Shown here: positions 42,750 to 52,330 of the stretch, in pieces
How positions within the stretch are numbered: position 1 is the first letter of the stretch
How the letters are laid out: each line of letters begins with the position of its first letter
DNA from: Thermoanaerobaculia bacterium
GTDB lineage: Bacteria; Acidobacteriota; Thermoanaerobaculia; UBA5066
Reading direction: 5' to 3'
Assembly: GCA_963719225.1 (NCBI GenBank)
Contig: CAVRAY010000001.1
Span: 2,880,001-2,944,000 of the forward strand
DNA length: 64,000 nucleotides
The notes under the pieces: generated by a model
Told to the model about the DNA's origin: nothing
The model's database searches: none
Seen by the model: only the letters and a program-made list of their open reading frames with translations
Program-made: the position numbers and the translations under genes

Positions 42750-43280
42750 CTATCGCGTTCGAGACTCGGCGCCCGCGACCGCCCGCGCGATCTCCGAGTC
42801 TCCGGGGCGCTTGCGGTGATCGCTTTCCACGAAACGCCAGGCTTCTCGCCCTTCACGGTCGACGAGAACGAGGGAAGGCGGGAGCCGGGGAGCCGTTCCC
42901 CCGTTTCCGGCCGCCGGGCGGTTCAGGGTTCTCACGCGCGGCGAGGAGAGGAAGCGATGCGTGAGCCGAACCCGGCGCTGCTGTTCGACGGACGCGACGA
43001 GGGCGCGCGACTGTTCGGGAGAGTCCGGGGCGACGACGAGGACGGAAACGTCTTTCAACGCGGTCCCCTTCAGGCGCTCGAGCTGGAGCAACTGCTCCAG
43101 GCACGCCGGTCACCACGCGCCGCGCGTGAACGCGAGAAGGACGAGGCGCCCGCGGTACTCGTCGAGAGTGACCGTCTTTCCGTCCGCGTCGGGAAGAGAG
43201 ATCGCGGGCGCAGGCGGTCTCTCGGCAGCGGCCGAGAGCGCGAGGGCGATCGTGACCGCTCCCAGGACCAGTCTCGTCAC
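42750..43280 (-). CDS. AhpC/TSA (redoxin) family selenoprotein with a UxxC motif
   Basis: GTG 43280 overlaps the kinase stop; reading ...AP.ISLPDADGKTVTL.EYRG..VLLAFTRGAW-TGA-PAC continues in frame into ORF 42750-43091; downstream hairpin. Confidence 0.88.
43083..43100 (-). other. Bacterial SECIS-like hairpin
   Basis: CTGGAGC-AGTT-GCTCCAG starting 10 nt after the in-frame TGA (43110-43112); loop G at +18. Confidence 0.75.
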
Positions 43281-45649
43281 GAGAGCAGTATAGATTCCGG
43301 CCGTGAGCTCTCGATCAGCCGGATGAACCGTGGCTCGCTCTTCAGGCTCTCGAAGTCCGGATCGAGGCGGGCGCGCTCCACGACGTAGACGCGGCGCATC
43401 GCCGCCGCGGCCTCGAGGACGTCGAGCGCCCGTTCCGCGTCGCCGAGGAGGGCCCAGGCCGCGGCGACGTAGTACCGCGTGAACGGCTCGTCCGCTCCCA
43501 ACCGCAGGCGGTCCTCGAAGGCTCCCACGGCGAGCGTGAGCGCCCGGTGCGCCTCCTCGGGATGTTCGAGCGCGAGGTGCGCGCTTCCGATCCGCGTGTG
43601 GAGCTCGATGACCGCGCGGTCCTTCAGCGCATGATCGACGCGCCGCAGGAAAGAGAGCTCCCGGTCGTAGGATTCGAGGGCCTCCGCTGGCCGGCCCTGG
43701 AGCGCTCGGATCTGACCGAGCTTCATGTAGGCCCCCACGATGACGATTCCTTCGCGGCCCGAGAGTCCCCTCTCCTGAAGCTCGATGGCCTGCCGCGCCG
43801 CGCGCTCGGCGCGCGGGAAGTCCCTCAGCAGGGCCGAGACGTGCGCGAGCTGGAGCGCGTACCAGCCTCCTTGCGGATTCAGGGCGAGGGCCCGCTCGAA
43901 GGAATCCACCGCGTTCTGAAACCGCCCGGTGCCGATGAAATGGGCGCGCGCCAGCGCCGCATGCGCCGCGGCGTCGTCCGGGTCCAGCTCCAGAGACCGG
44001 CGAATCGCCTCCAGCCCTTTGTCCGTGCTTCCGATGTCGACGAGCGTTCCGCCGAGCTCCTTCCACGCGCGCGCGAGGCGCGGCTGGAGGGCGAGGCATT
44101 TTCCGAAGCTCGTCATGGCTTTCTCGAGCAGCTCCGGCATCGCGAGATCCGTCGCCTTCACTTCGTAGGCTTCGCCGAGCGAGAGCCACGCGCGGGCATA
44201 GAGCGGATCGAGCGCCACGGCGCGCTCGAAGAAGAGGATCGCGCGGTCGACGGATTCCCGGCTCTCGGCGCGGAGGTTGATGAGACCCTTGGAATACGCC
44301 TCGTACGCGTCGATGACGTGCGTCTCCTCGGGCTCTTTCCCGGCAGGGCTCGAGGCGAGATGCATCGCCGCGGCGAGCTCCGCGACGACGCGGTCCTGCA
44401 AGGCGAAGAGGTCGCTGCGGCTGCCGTCCACCTTCACGGTCGTCACGACCTCGCCGGACTCCACGTCCGTCACGCGCGCCGTGATGCGCATGACGTCCCC
44501 GACGCCCTGGAATCCCCCCATCACGACGCGACGCGCGCCCACCTCGCGGCCGAGCCGGATGGCGAGCTCGCCCGCGCCCGACGCCGACTCGCCGGTCAGC
44601 CGCTTCTCGACCTCGCACACCCGCTCACAGCCGATCACGGAGAGCCCGGGCACGTTCTTCAGGTCGGCGGTGACGGTCTCCATGATGCCGGTCGAGAGCC
44701 AGTTGTCTTCGGGGTTCTTCGTGATGTTCGAGAACGCGAGAACGGCGATCACGCTTTCGGCCGGGGTCGAGGAAACCGAAGGCGCTCCCGATCGCGGCGC
44801 GCCGCCCGCCAGGGCCGAGAGCTCGTGCGCAACGTCGCGCATCGCCACGCGTCGGTCGCGGTCCTTCGCGATCATCTTCAGGACGAGGGCCTCCAGGTCC
44901 CGCGAAACGGCCGGATTGAGCCGCGTCAGGGAGGGCGGCTCCGCGTGGAGCAGCGCGTCGATGACGGCGACCGTGTTCGTGCCTTCGAAGGGCCGGCGGC
45001 GGGCGAGAAGCTCCCAGAGGAGCACGCCCAGCGAGAAAACGTCCGTCCGCGCGTCGACGTCGCGGCCCAGGGCCTGCTCGGGCGACATGTACGCCACGGT
45101 GCCGAGGACGGAGCCCGGCGTCGAGCGGGTCGGATCCGCGCCGATCGCGCTCCAGGTCTCGCTTCCCTCGCCCGGCACGGGCCGGAACGCGGCGAGGCCG
45201 AAGTCCAGGACCTTCACGCGTCCCCTTCCGTCCACCATGACGTTCCCGGGCTTGATGTCGCGGTGGACGACGCCGCGCGCATGGGCCGCCGCGAGCGCGT
45301 CAGCGACCTGATGGACGATGTCCACGGTCTCGCGGACCTCCGGCGGGCGCTCCTTGAGAATCGCAGAGAGCGTGCGCCCCGCGACGTACTCCATCGCGAT
45401 GAAGCTCTGCCTCCGCCCTTCGCGTTCCACCGTGTCGACGTCGTAGACGACGGCGATGTTCGGGTGGTTGAGCTGGGAGGCGAAGCGCGCCTCGCGCAGG
45501 AGGCGCCCTTCGTGGTCCTCCGCGCCCCGCAGCAGCTTCAGGGCGACGGGCCGCCGCAGCTTGAGGTCCTCGGCGCGGAAGACCTCTCCCATCCCGCCTT
45601 CGCCGAGGCGCTCCGCGATGCGGTAATGCGCGAGGACTTCGCCGACCAC
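43277..45649 (-). CDS. Hanks-type Ser/Thr kinase with TolB-N-like domain and TPRs
   Basis: LGEGGMGEV, VALK, HRDIKPGN, DFGLA, YMSPEQ; IAVLAF.N...D.WL..G; TPR repeats. Confidence 0.95.
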   Translation of the reverse strand: MVGEVLAHYRIAERLGEGGMGEVFRAEDLKLRRPVALKLLRGAEDHEGRLLREARFASQLNHPNIAVVYDVDTVEREGRRQSFIAMEYVAGRTLSAILKERPPEVRETVDIVHQVADALAAAHARGVVHRDIKPGNVMVDGRGRVKVLDFGLAAFRPVPGEGSETWSAIGADPTRSTPGSVLGTVAYMSPEQALGRDVDARTDVFSLGVLLWELLARRRPFEGTNTVAVIDALLHAEPPSLTRLNPAVSRDLEALVLKMIAKDRDRRVAMRDVAHELSALAGGAPRSGAPSVSSTPAESVIAVLAFSNITKNPEDNWLSTGIMETVTADLKNVPGLSVIGCERVCEVEKRLTGESASGAGELAIRLGREVGARRVVMGGFQGVGDVMRITARVTDVESGEVVTTVKVDGSRSDLFALQDRVVAELAAAMHLASSPAGKEPEETHVIDAYEAYSKGLINLRAESRESVDRAILFFERAVALDPLYARAWLSLGEAYEVKATDLAMPELLEKAMTSFGKCLALQPRLARAWKELGGTLVDIGSTDKGLEAIRRSLELDPDDAAAHAALARAHFIGTGRFQNAVDSFERALALNPQGGWYALQLAHVSALLRDFPRAERAARQAIELQERGLSGREGIVIVGAYMKLGQIRALQGRPAEALESYDRELSFLRRVDHALKDRAVIELHTRIGSAHLALEHPEEAHRALTLAVGAFEDRLRLGADEPFTRYYVAAAWALLGDAERALDVLEAAAAMRRVYVVERARLDPDFESLKSEPRFIRLIESSRPESILLS

Positions 45650-45709
45650 GGCGGCATCTTAGTGCGCAGGCGCGACCCGCGGCGTGCCGCCCGCCCATAA
45701 TCGGAGGCG

Positions 45710-46954
45710 ATGGCGAGAGGGGACCGCGCGGACTTGAAGGATCTCGCCATGCTCTTTCTCCGCCTCGGCGCCACGGCTTTCGGCGGCCCCGCGGCTCACA
45801 TCTCGATGATGGAGCACGAGGTCGTGACGCGGCGCGGCTGGATGACGCGCGAGGAGTTCCTCGACCTCCTCGGCGCGACGAATCTCGCGCCGGGGCCGAA
45901 CTCCACGAAGATGGCGCTCTTCATCGGCCACGCGCGCGGGGGCTGGCCGGGCTTTCTCCTCGCCGGCCTCGGCTTCGTCCTGCCCGCGACTCTCCTCGTC
46001 ACCGTCTTCGCGTGGGCCTACGTGCGCTTCGGCTCCCTTCCCGCGTTCCCGCATTTCTTCGAGGGCATCAAGCCCGTCGTCCTCGCGCTCATCGCGCACG
46101 CCCTCGTCAGCCTCGGACGCACGGCGGTGAAGAACAAATTCTTCCTGGCGCTCGGGCTCGCCGCGCTCGCTGCGAGTTTCTTCGTCCATGAGCTTCTGCT
46201 GTTGCTCGTTGCGGGTTGTCTCTCGACGGGGGTGATGGTGTTGGAAGATTTGCTTAGAAAGGGTAAGAGGAGCGGCAAAGCTCCGGCATCGTCGGAGCGC
46301 GTCGACGGCGTTGAAGGTGCAGGTGATGCCAAGCGCGGCGACGTGTCGGGAGGCGCGCCTGCCCACCCCCAACCCCCTTCTAAGAAATCTTCTCTTCTCT
46401 TCCTTCCCCTCTTCTCCCTCGGCGTCCCTCTCTCGTCTTTCTCCCTAACCAGCCTTCTCCTCTTCTTCCTGAAGACCGGTGCGGTGCTGTTCGGCAGCGG
46501 CTACGTGCTCCTCGCCTACCTGAAAGCGGATCTCGTCGAGCGCTGGCACTGGCTCACGAGCGCGCAGCTTCTGGATGCCGTCGCGGTAGGCCAGTTCACG
46601 CCGGGGCCGCTCTCGTCCACCGCGACGTTCATCGGCTACGTGCTCGGGGGCCTGCCGGGGGCGTCCGTCGCGACGCTCGGCATCTTCCTTCCCGCCTTCG
46701 TCCTCGTCGCGGTCATGGGGCCGTTCGTGCCCCGTTTGCGGCAGTCGAGACTCCTCGGCGCTTTCCTCGACGGCGTCAACGTCGCGGCGCTCGCGCTGAT
46801 GGGCTACGTCACTCTCCAGTTCGCGCGGCCCGCTCTGACGAACGGCCCGACGGTGGCCCTTTTCCTCGCCAGCGTGGCGCTTCTCTCGACCGTGAGGATC
46901 AACGCGGCCTGGCTCGTCCTCGCGGGCGGGATCCTCGGGGTCGTTTTCGGCTGA
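45710..46954 (+). CDS. chrA: Chromate ion transporter (CHR family, long chain)
   Basis: LG..AFGGP, PGPNST, FGSGYVL, GQFTPGP. Confidence 0.93.
   Translation: MARGDRADLKDLAMLFLRLGATAFGGPAAHISMMEHEVVTRRGWMTREEFLDLLGATNLAPGPNSTKMALFIGHARGGWPGFLLAGLGFVLPATLLVTVFAWAYVRFGSLPAFPHFFEGIKPVVLALIAHALVSLGRTAVKNKFFLALGLAALAASFFVHELLLLLVAGCLSTGVMVLEDLLRKGKRSGKAPASSERVDGVEGAGDAKRGDVSGGAPAHPQPPSKKSSLLFLPLFSLGVPLSSFSLTSLLLFFLKTGAVLFGSGYVLLAYLKADLVERWHWLTSAQLLDAVAVGQFTPGPLSSTATFIGYVLGGLPGASVATLGIFLPAFVLVAVMGPFVPRLRQSRLLGAFLDGVNVAALALMGYVTLQFARPALTNGPTVALFLASVALLSTVRINAAWLVLAGGILGVVFG
46244..46392. repeat. ~20-bp inverted repeats (dispersed motif) bracketing the ChrA linker
   Basis: GAAGATTTGCTTAGAAAGGG 46244-46263 versus CCCCCTTCTAAGAAATCTTC 46373-46392. 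Confidence 0.8.
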
Positions 46955-46967
46955 GCGGTTTCTCTTC

Positions 46968-48989
46968 CTACGGGCCGACCTCGAACGGCGCGCGCCGCAG
47001 ATCGAGCGCGGGATTGCGGTCGAAGAAATGGGCGGGCTTCAGCTCGAACGACAGTGATTCACGCGCCAGGACCGGAGAGTCCTCGGTCACCGGCACGTGG
47101 TGAAATCCAACGGTCAGCCAGAGCACGATGTCCGTGTCGACGAGCCCCTGGTTGTTCGCGATGTACTGAGGCAGCCCGGGCTCGCCGGGGTTCTGGTTCG
47201 GCGTGTCGCCGGCGGCGTAGCGCTCGTCCGGATCGAACGCGGTCACCCAGAGGTTGTGCTCGATGAACCGCGCGCGCCGGAAATCGTCCTTCTTCAGCAG
47301 CGGCTCGACGTTGGCCTGCGATTCGACAACGAAGCCCGTCTCGTAGCCGCGGGCGTTGTGCCGGTGCGGATTGACGACACGCCACAACGAGTTCTTCTCG
47401 TCGAGCTGGCCATCGGCCTCCCGTCGCAGCACCGTTTCGTCGAGGACCCAGACGCTCTTGCGCGGCCCCGGCGCCGGGCGCTCCTTGAGCTGGCCGAGCA
47501 CGAAGCTGTTGTTGCGGCCGTCGACGTCGACGTCCAGGCGGAAGTTGAAGTGGTGGCTGTGATTGATCGCGACGAGGTTCGGCGAGACGAGGGCCCCGAA
47601 CTCCGTCTCCGGCGCGCCGTCGCCGAGCGTCTCGGCCACGACGGCCCTCGGCGCGTCGATGCCCGTCAACCCGACTTCGACGCGGATCGAGCCGCGCTGC
47701 GTGAAGATCCAGTCGACCATGTAGTCGTAGTTGCCGAGCTGGGAGATGGACCGGACCACCAGCTCGACCTCGGCCCGCCCCTCGTACGCGCCGCCCGAGA
47801 ACAGCTCGAAGTGCCGCCACACCGGGCTCCCCGTCAGGCGCTCGAAGACGCCGACGACGTTCGGCAGAGGCAGCGGAATGACCGGCAGGACGGGATCGGG
47901 GATCGCCGCCGCGACGAGCGCGTCGCGCAGCACCGCGTTCGACGGCAGGTCCAGCCCGAGCGCGAGCGGGGACGAGAGCAGCCCGAAACCGAACTCGCCG
48001 GCGTCCATGTACGTGCGATAGAACCAGTTTGTTCCGGGGTCCTGGTACGGGACGAAGATCTCGGCAAGCGAGCCCTGGTAGAGCACGGGGCGGCCGTCGT
48101 AGTTCGCGAGGGAGATCACCGTCCCGGAACGGCGCTCGAAGCGAACGTGGAAACGCCACTTCTGCCACTCGATGAAATTGCCGTCGAACGCAAAGTTGAC
48201 GCCTTGCGGCTGCGCCATCGTGATCGGCTTGAGCGCGGGGCGCAGCCCATAACGCGAGGCGACGGTGGCCTCGTCGAAGTCCTGCGTGTTCGCCGGCAGC
48301 GGAATGACGCCGGTGTCGATCACCTTGATCACCTGCCGGTCGTCGAGGTCCATGATCGCCTGCATGCCCTCGATGGGCCTGGCGTACAGGTTGATGCCGG
48401 CGCCTTCGGTGTAATACATCTGCGCCTTGACGATGCGGCGGGCCTCTTCGGGCAGTCCGAACGAGCCGGGCGTCAGTGGCGTCACGAGGACGTGCGCGAG
48501 CTGGCTCGGCGTCGTGATGCCGCGCCGCGCGAGCGCGGCCAGAAAAGCCGGATTCTGGAATGCAAACGAGAAGTCGCTCACCTCGGTGATCGTCAGACCG
48601 AGCTGGCCGTCGCTCCCGGGTATGAGCTTCGGCGCCGTGAACGTTCCGTGGGTCAGGTCGACGAACGTCTTGTAGCTCTTTTTCTCCTGTCGAAAGAAGA
48701 CCGTTGCCGCGCGCGGGATCGGGTCGCCGGCGTGGAACGCGAGAACGGCGTCCTTCGCCGGCTCGCGCAAGTCGATGCTTTGGAAGATCGCGCCGGGCTT
48801 CGCGACGTGCGCCTGCAGCAGGATGTTCGCCGCGGCGAGGATTTCGCCGTCCTCCAGAGGATCGAGCGGATGCTGGACCGCCGCACGAACCGGTGCGCCT
48901 CCGATGAGAAACGCCCCGACGACGATGACTTTCGCGCCTGTTCTGACTCTTGTGAACATCATCGGCCTCCTGACCACTCTCATACTCAC
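46968..48989 (-). CDS. Copper/TPQ primary amine oxidase (start may be a few codons downstream)
   Basis: HPLDPL, EIFVPY.DP, YMDAGEFG, GNYDY (TPQ site), HSHHFNFRLD and FHH Cu ligands; signal-like N-terminus. Confidence 0.93.
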   Translation of the reverse strand: MSMRVVRRPMMFTRVRTGAKVIVVGAFLIGGAPVRAAVQHPLDPLEDGEILAAANILLQAHVAKPGAIFQSIDLREPAKDAVLAFHAGDPIPRAATVFFRQEKKSYKTFVDLTHGTFTAPKLIPGSDGQLGLTITEVSDFSFAFQNPAFLAALARRGITTPSQLAHVLVTPLTPGSFGLPEEARRIVKAQMYYTEGAGINLYARPIEGMQAIMDLDDRQVIKVIDTGVIPLPANTQDFDEATVASRYGLRPALKPITMAQPQGVNFAFDGNFIEWQKWRFHVRFERRSGTVISLANYDGRPVLYQGSLAEIFVPYQDPGTNWFYRTYMDAGEFGFGLLSSPLALGLDLPSNAVLRDALVAAAIPDPVLPVIPLPLPNVVGVFERLTGSPVWRHFELFSGGAYEGRAEVELVVRSISQLGNYDYMVDWIFTQRGSIRVEVGLTGIDAPRAVVAETLGDGAPETEFGALVSPNLVAINHSHHFNFRLDVDVDGRNNSFVLGQLKERPAPGPRKSVWVLDETVLRREADGQLDEKNSLWRVVNPHRHNARGYETGFVVESQANVEPLLKKDDFRRARFIEHNLWVTAFDPDERYAAGDTPNQNPGEPGLPQYIANNQGLVDTDIVLWLTVGFHHVPVTEDSPVLARESLSFELKPAHFFDRNPALDLRRAPFEVGP

Positions 48990-49134
48990 AATCTCGTCAT
49001 TTCCGCGCTTCAGGGGACACGGCGCGGTCGTACGCGGGTCGAAACCCGAGCGGGCGCTTCGAAGCTATCATCGCCCCCTGAGGGGCGATCAAGCGGAATC
49101 GGACCGGTCCCGTCCGCTCAAAAAAGGAGAAATC

Positions 49135-50562
49135 TTGAGCCCGAACCCACCGTCCTACGACCTGGTCGTGATCGGCTCGGGGCCGGGAGGCTACGTCGCC
49201 GCCGTTCGGGCCTCCCAGCTCGGCCTCAAGACCGCGATCGTCGAGAAGGACGCGAAAGTGCCGAACGTCGGTCTCGGAGGCGTCTGCCTGCACCGCGGCT
49301 GCATCCCGACGAAGGCGATGCTCAAGTCGGCCTCTCTTTACGACGAGGCGAAGAACCACGCCGCCGATTTCGGGGTGAAGGTCGCCGGCGTCGAGCTCGA
49401 CTTTCCCGGCGTCGTGAAGTTTCGCGACAAGGTCGTCTCGCGGGGCGCCAAGGGCGTCGAATACCTCATGAAGAAGCACAAGGTCGACGTCCACGCGGGG
49501 CTCGGGCGGCTCGTCTCGCCGCAGAAGGTCGCCGTGAAGGGTGACGCGGGCGAAACGACCCTGGACACGAAGAACGTCCTCGTCGCGACGGGCTCGGTGC
49601 CGCGCGATCTGCCTTTCCTGAAGGCGGACGGCGAGAGCGTCCTGAACTCGGACCACATCCTGAAGTCGCAATCGATCCCGAAATCGCTCCTAGTGATCGG
49701 CTCGGGGGCCGTAGGTGCGGAGTTCGCGTCCTGCTTCTCGCGCTACGGCACGAAGACCGTCCTCGTCGAGGTCCTGCCGCGCGTCCTGCCCGTGGAGGAC
49801 GAGGAGATCTCGAAGGAGGTCGAGCGCGTCTTCAAGAAACGCGGCATCGAGGTGCGCACGAAGACGAGTGTCGAGTCCGTGGCGCCGAACGGGGACGGAA
49901 CGGTCACCGTGAAGGCGAAGGGGCCGGACGGCGGGCCGCTGTCGTGGTCCGTCGAGAAGGTGCTCCTCGCGGTCGGCAGGAAGCCCTTGTCCGAAGGCCT
50001 CGGCCTCGAGGCCGTGGGCGTCGCGACGGACCGCGGCTACGTGAAGGTGGACGCGAACCAGCGCACGAACGTGCCGGGCGTGTGGGCGATCGGCGACGTC
50101 ACGCCCACGATCTGGCTCGCGCACGTCGCATCCGCGGAAGGCATCGTGGCCGCCGAGACGATGGCCGGCCATCCGACGGTGCCCGTGAACCGCGACCAGG
50201 TCCCCGGCTGTACGTACTGCGATCCCGAGGTCGCGTCCATCGGGCTCAGCGAGGCGAAGGCGAAAGAGCGCGGCTACGTCGTGAAGACCGGAAAGTTCAA
50301 CTTCTCGGTCCTCGCCAAGACGATGATGGAGCACACGCAGGAGGGCTTCGTGAAGATCGTCTCCGACGCGAAGTACGACGAGATCCTCGGCGTCCACATC
50401 GTCGGCCCGCACGCCACCGAGCTCATCGCCGAGGGCGGAGCCCTCCTCAGGCTCGAGGCCACGACCGAAGAGATGATCCGGACGATCCACGCGCATCCGA
50501 CGCTGTCGGAGGCCATGCACGAGGCGGCGGAGGCCGTTCACGGCCACAACATCCACGGCTAG
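49135..50562 (+). CDS. lpdA: Dihydrolipoamide dehydrogenase
   Basis: AGGAG RBS + TTG; GSGPGGY, GGVCLHRGCIPTK, HAHPTLSE. Confidence 0.96.
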   Translation: MSPNPPSYDLVVIGSGPGGYVAAVRASQLGLKTAIVEKDAKVPNVGLGGVCLHRGCIPTKAMLKSASLYDEAKNHAADFGVKVAGVELDFPGVVKFRDKVVSRGAKGVEYLMKKHKVDVHAGLGRLVSPQKVAVKGDAGETTLDTKNVLVATGSVPRDLPFLKADGESVLNSDHILKSQSIPKSLLVIGSGAVGAEFASCFSRYGTKTVLVEVLPRVLPVEDEEISKEVERVFKKRGIEVRTKTSVESVAPNGDGTVTVKAKGPDGGPLSWSVEKVLLAVGRKPLSEGLGLEAVGVATDRGYVKVDANQRTNVPGVWAIGDVTPTIWLAHVASAEGIVAAETMAGHPTVPVNRDQVPGCTYCDPEVASIGLSEAKAKERGYVVKTGKFNFSVLAKTMMEHTQEGFVKIVSDAKYDEILGVHIVGPHATELIAEGGALLRLEATTEEMIRTIHAHPTLSEAMHEAAEAVHGHNIHG

Positions 50563-51637
50563 AGGCATCGCGCGGGCGGTCGCGGCGCTCGCCGCCGTCG
50601 CCGTCACGACGGCGCTCGGGCAGGTCCTCCGGGCCAACGCGACGACGATCGGGTTCGTCTTCCTCGTCGTCGTCCTTCTGGCCGCGCTCAGGCTCGGCCT
50701 CGCCGCGGCGATGTTCGCGTCTCTCGCGGCGACTGCATGCTTCAACCATTTCTTCCTGCCCCCCGTCGGAACCTGGACGATCGCCGACCCGGCGAACTGG
50801 GTCGCGCTCGCGACGTTCCTTCTCGCCTCCGTCGTCGTGAGCCGCCTCGCGGCTCGTGAGAAGAGGCGCGCCGAAGTCGCGGAAGCGCGGCGGCGGGAGA
50901 TCGAGACCCTCTCGGCAGAACGCGAAAGACTGCTCGAGGACCGGGTTCACCTCGAGGCGCTGCGGGAGAGTGACGCGTTCAAGACCTCGCTCCTGCAAGC
51001 CGTGTCACACGACCTGAGGACGCCCATCACGTCCATTCGCCTCGGGCTCGACCGCCTGAGGCGCTCGCCGGGAACGAACGGGATCGTGGAGGACGTGGCG
51101 CGAGAGACGGAGCGGCTGTCGCGACGGATCGACAACCTCCTCGCGATGGCGCGACTCGACGCGGGTACGTTCGTGCCGCGACCGGAACCGACCCCGGCGG
51201 CGGACTTGTTCCGGGCGACGCTCGAGGCGCTTCCGCTCGCCCTCGCGGGCCGCGCCGTCGACGTTTCCGTGGCGCTCGAGACCCCGGATCTCTTCGTGGA
51301 TCCGGCCCTCACGGTCGAGATCCTCGCGAACCTCGTGGAGAATGCCTCACGAGCCGCTTCGTCCGGAGCGCTGGCCCTCTCGGCCGAGCCGAGCCGAAGC
51401 GCTGCCGGGCGGGTCTGTCTCGACGTGCTCGATCGCGGCTCCGGCGTCTCGCCGGACGTGAAACGGGCCGCTGCGGGTGGTGCGCCGGGTGACGCGGGCC
51501 GTGCCGGCCTGGGACTCACGATCTGCCAATCGCTCGCGCGCGCGATGGGAGGCAGCGTCGTCCTGCTGGACCGGCCGGGCGGCGGGACGATCGCGCGGCT
51601 GGACCTGCCCGCTGCGCAGATCGAGGCGGCCCTTTGA
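50555..51637 (+). CDS. Short KdpD-like sensor histidine kinase (DUF4118-type TM domain + HisKA + HATPase); start codon atypical
   Basis: FNHFFLPP...TI.DP.N, SHDLRTP, NLVENA, DRGSG, GLGL; two TM helices are encoded upstream of the first ATG (50711); ACG at 50555. Confidence 0.85.
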   Translation, partial: TARGIARAVAALAAVAVTTALGQVLRANATTIGFVFLVVVLLAALRLGLAAAMFASLAATACFNHFFLPPVGTWTIADPANWVALATFLLASVVVSRLAAREKRRAEVAEARRREIETLSAERERLLEDRVHLEALRESDAFKTSLLQAVSHDLRTPITSIRLGLDRLRRSPGTNGIVEDVARETERLSRRIDNLLAMARLDAGTFVPRPEPTPAADLFRATLEALPLALAGRAVDVSVALETPDLFVDPALTVEILANLVENASRAASSGALALSAEPSRSAAGRVCLDVLDRGSGVSPDVKRAAAGGAPGDAGRAGLGLTICQSLARAMGGSVVLLDRPGGGTIARLDLPAAQIEAAL

Positions 51638-52326
51638 TGGTGGCCCGCCCCGTCGTCCTGGTCGTCGACGACGATCCGTCCATCCGACGCGCGCTCGTCG
51701 CGGAGCTCGAGGCCGGCGGCTATGAGGCGACCGAGGCGGCCGACGGCGCCGAAGGAGAGAAGGTCTTCGTGGAGCGCGAGCCCGATCTCGTCCTCACGGA
51801 CCTGGCGATGCCGGTGAGGGACGGCTTCGAGCTCGTGAGGAGTATCCGACACCGCGGCGCGACGCCCGTCATCGTCCTGTCGGTGCGCGGCGGAGACGCG
51901 GACAAGATCCGCGCGCTCGACCTGGGCGCGGACGACTACGTCGTCAAGCCGTTCTCCGTACCGGAGCTCCTCGCGCGCGTGCGGGCACAGCTCCGGCGGC
52001 ACGCGGAGGAGGAGGTGGGCGTCCTCGAGTTCCCTGGCCTCACGCTGGACCGCGAGAGGCGGCGAGTCATCGTCGAGGGCAAGGAGGTACGGCTCACGCC
52101 GACCGAGCTCGCGATCCTCGACCTCCTCGCGTCCCAGGCGGGCAAGCCCGTCACGATCCGAAAGATCATCGGCCGGGTGTGGCATGGGGCCCCCGGAACC
52201 ACGCCCGACGCCGTCCGCGTCCACGTCGGCTCTCTGCGTAAGAAGATCGAGCCGGACCCCGCCCGCCCGCGCTACGTCGTGACGGAGCCCTGGGTGGGCT
52301 ACAGGTTCGTGGCTGAACCCATCTAG
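51637..52326 (+). CDS. KdpE-like OmpR-family response regulator
   Basis: LVVDDD, DLAMP, LSVR, ALDLGADDYVVKPF, LRKKIEPDPARPRY..TEPWVGYRF. Confidence 0.92.
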   Translation: MVARPVVLVVDDDPSIRRALVAELEAGGYEATEAADGAEGEKVFVEREPDLVLTDLAMPVRDGFELVRSIRHRGATPVIVLSVRGGDADKIRALDLGADDYVVKPFSVPELLARVRAQLRRHAEEEVGVLEFPGLTLDRERRRVIVEGKEVRLTPTELAILDLLASQAGKPVTIRKIIGRVWHGAPGTTPDAVRVHVGSLRKKIEPDPARPRYVVTEPWVGYRFVAEPI

Positions 52327-52330
52327 ACCC

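Noticed and set aside
46244-46392. Interpreting the paired motif as a conventional MITE or IS
   Set aside because: Interiors of different pairs share no visible similarity, many copies are solitary, and there is no target-site duplication or transposase in the window. It is kept only as an alternative hypothesis.
49070-49089. Hairpin ATCGCCCC-CTGA-GGGGCGAT upstream of lpdA
   Set aside because: It lies between divergent genes, has no U-tract and occurs once; no function can be supported.
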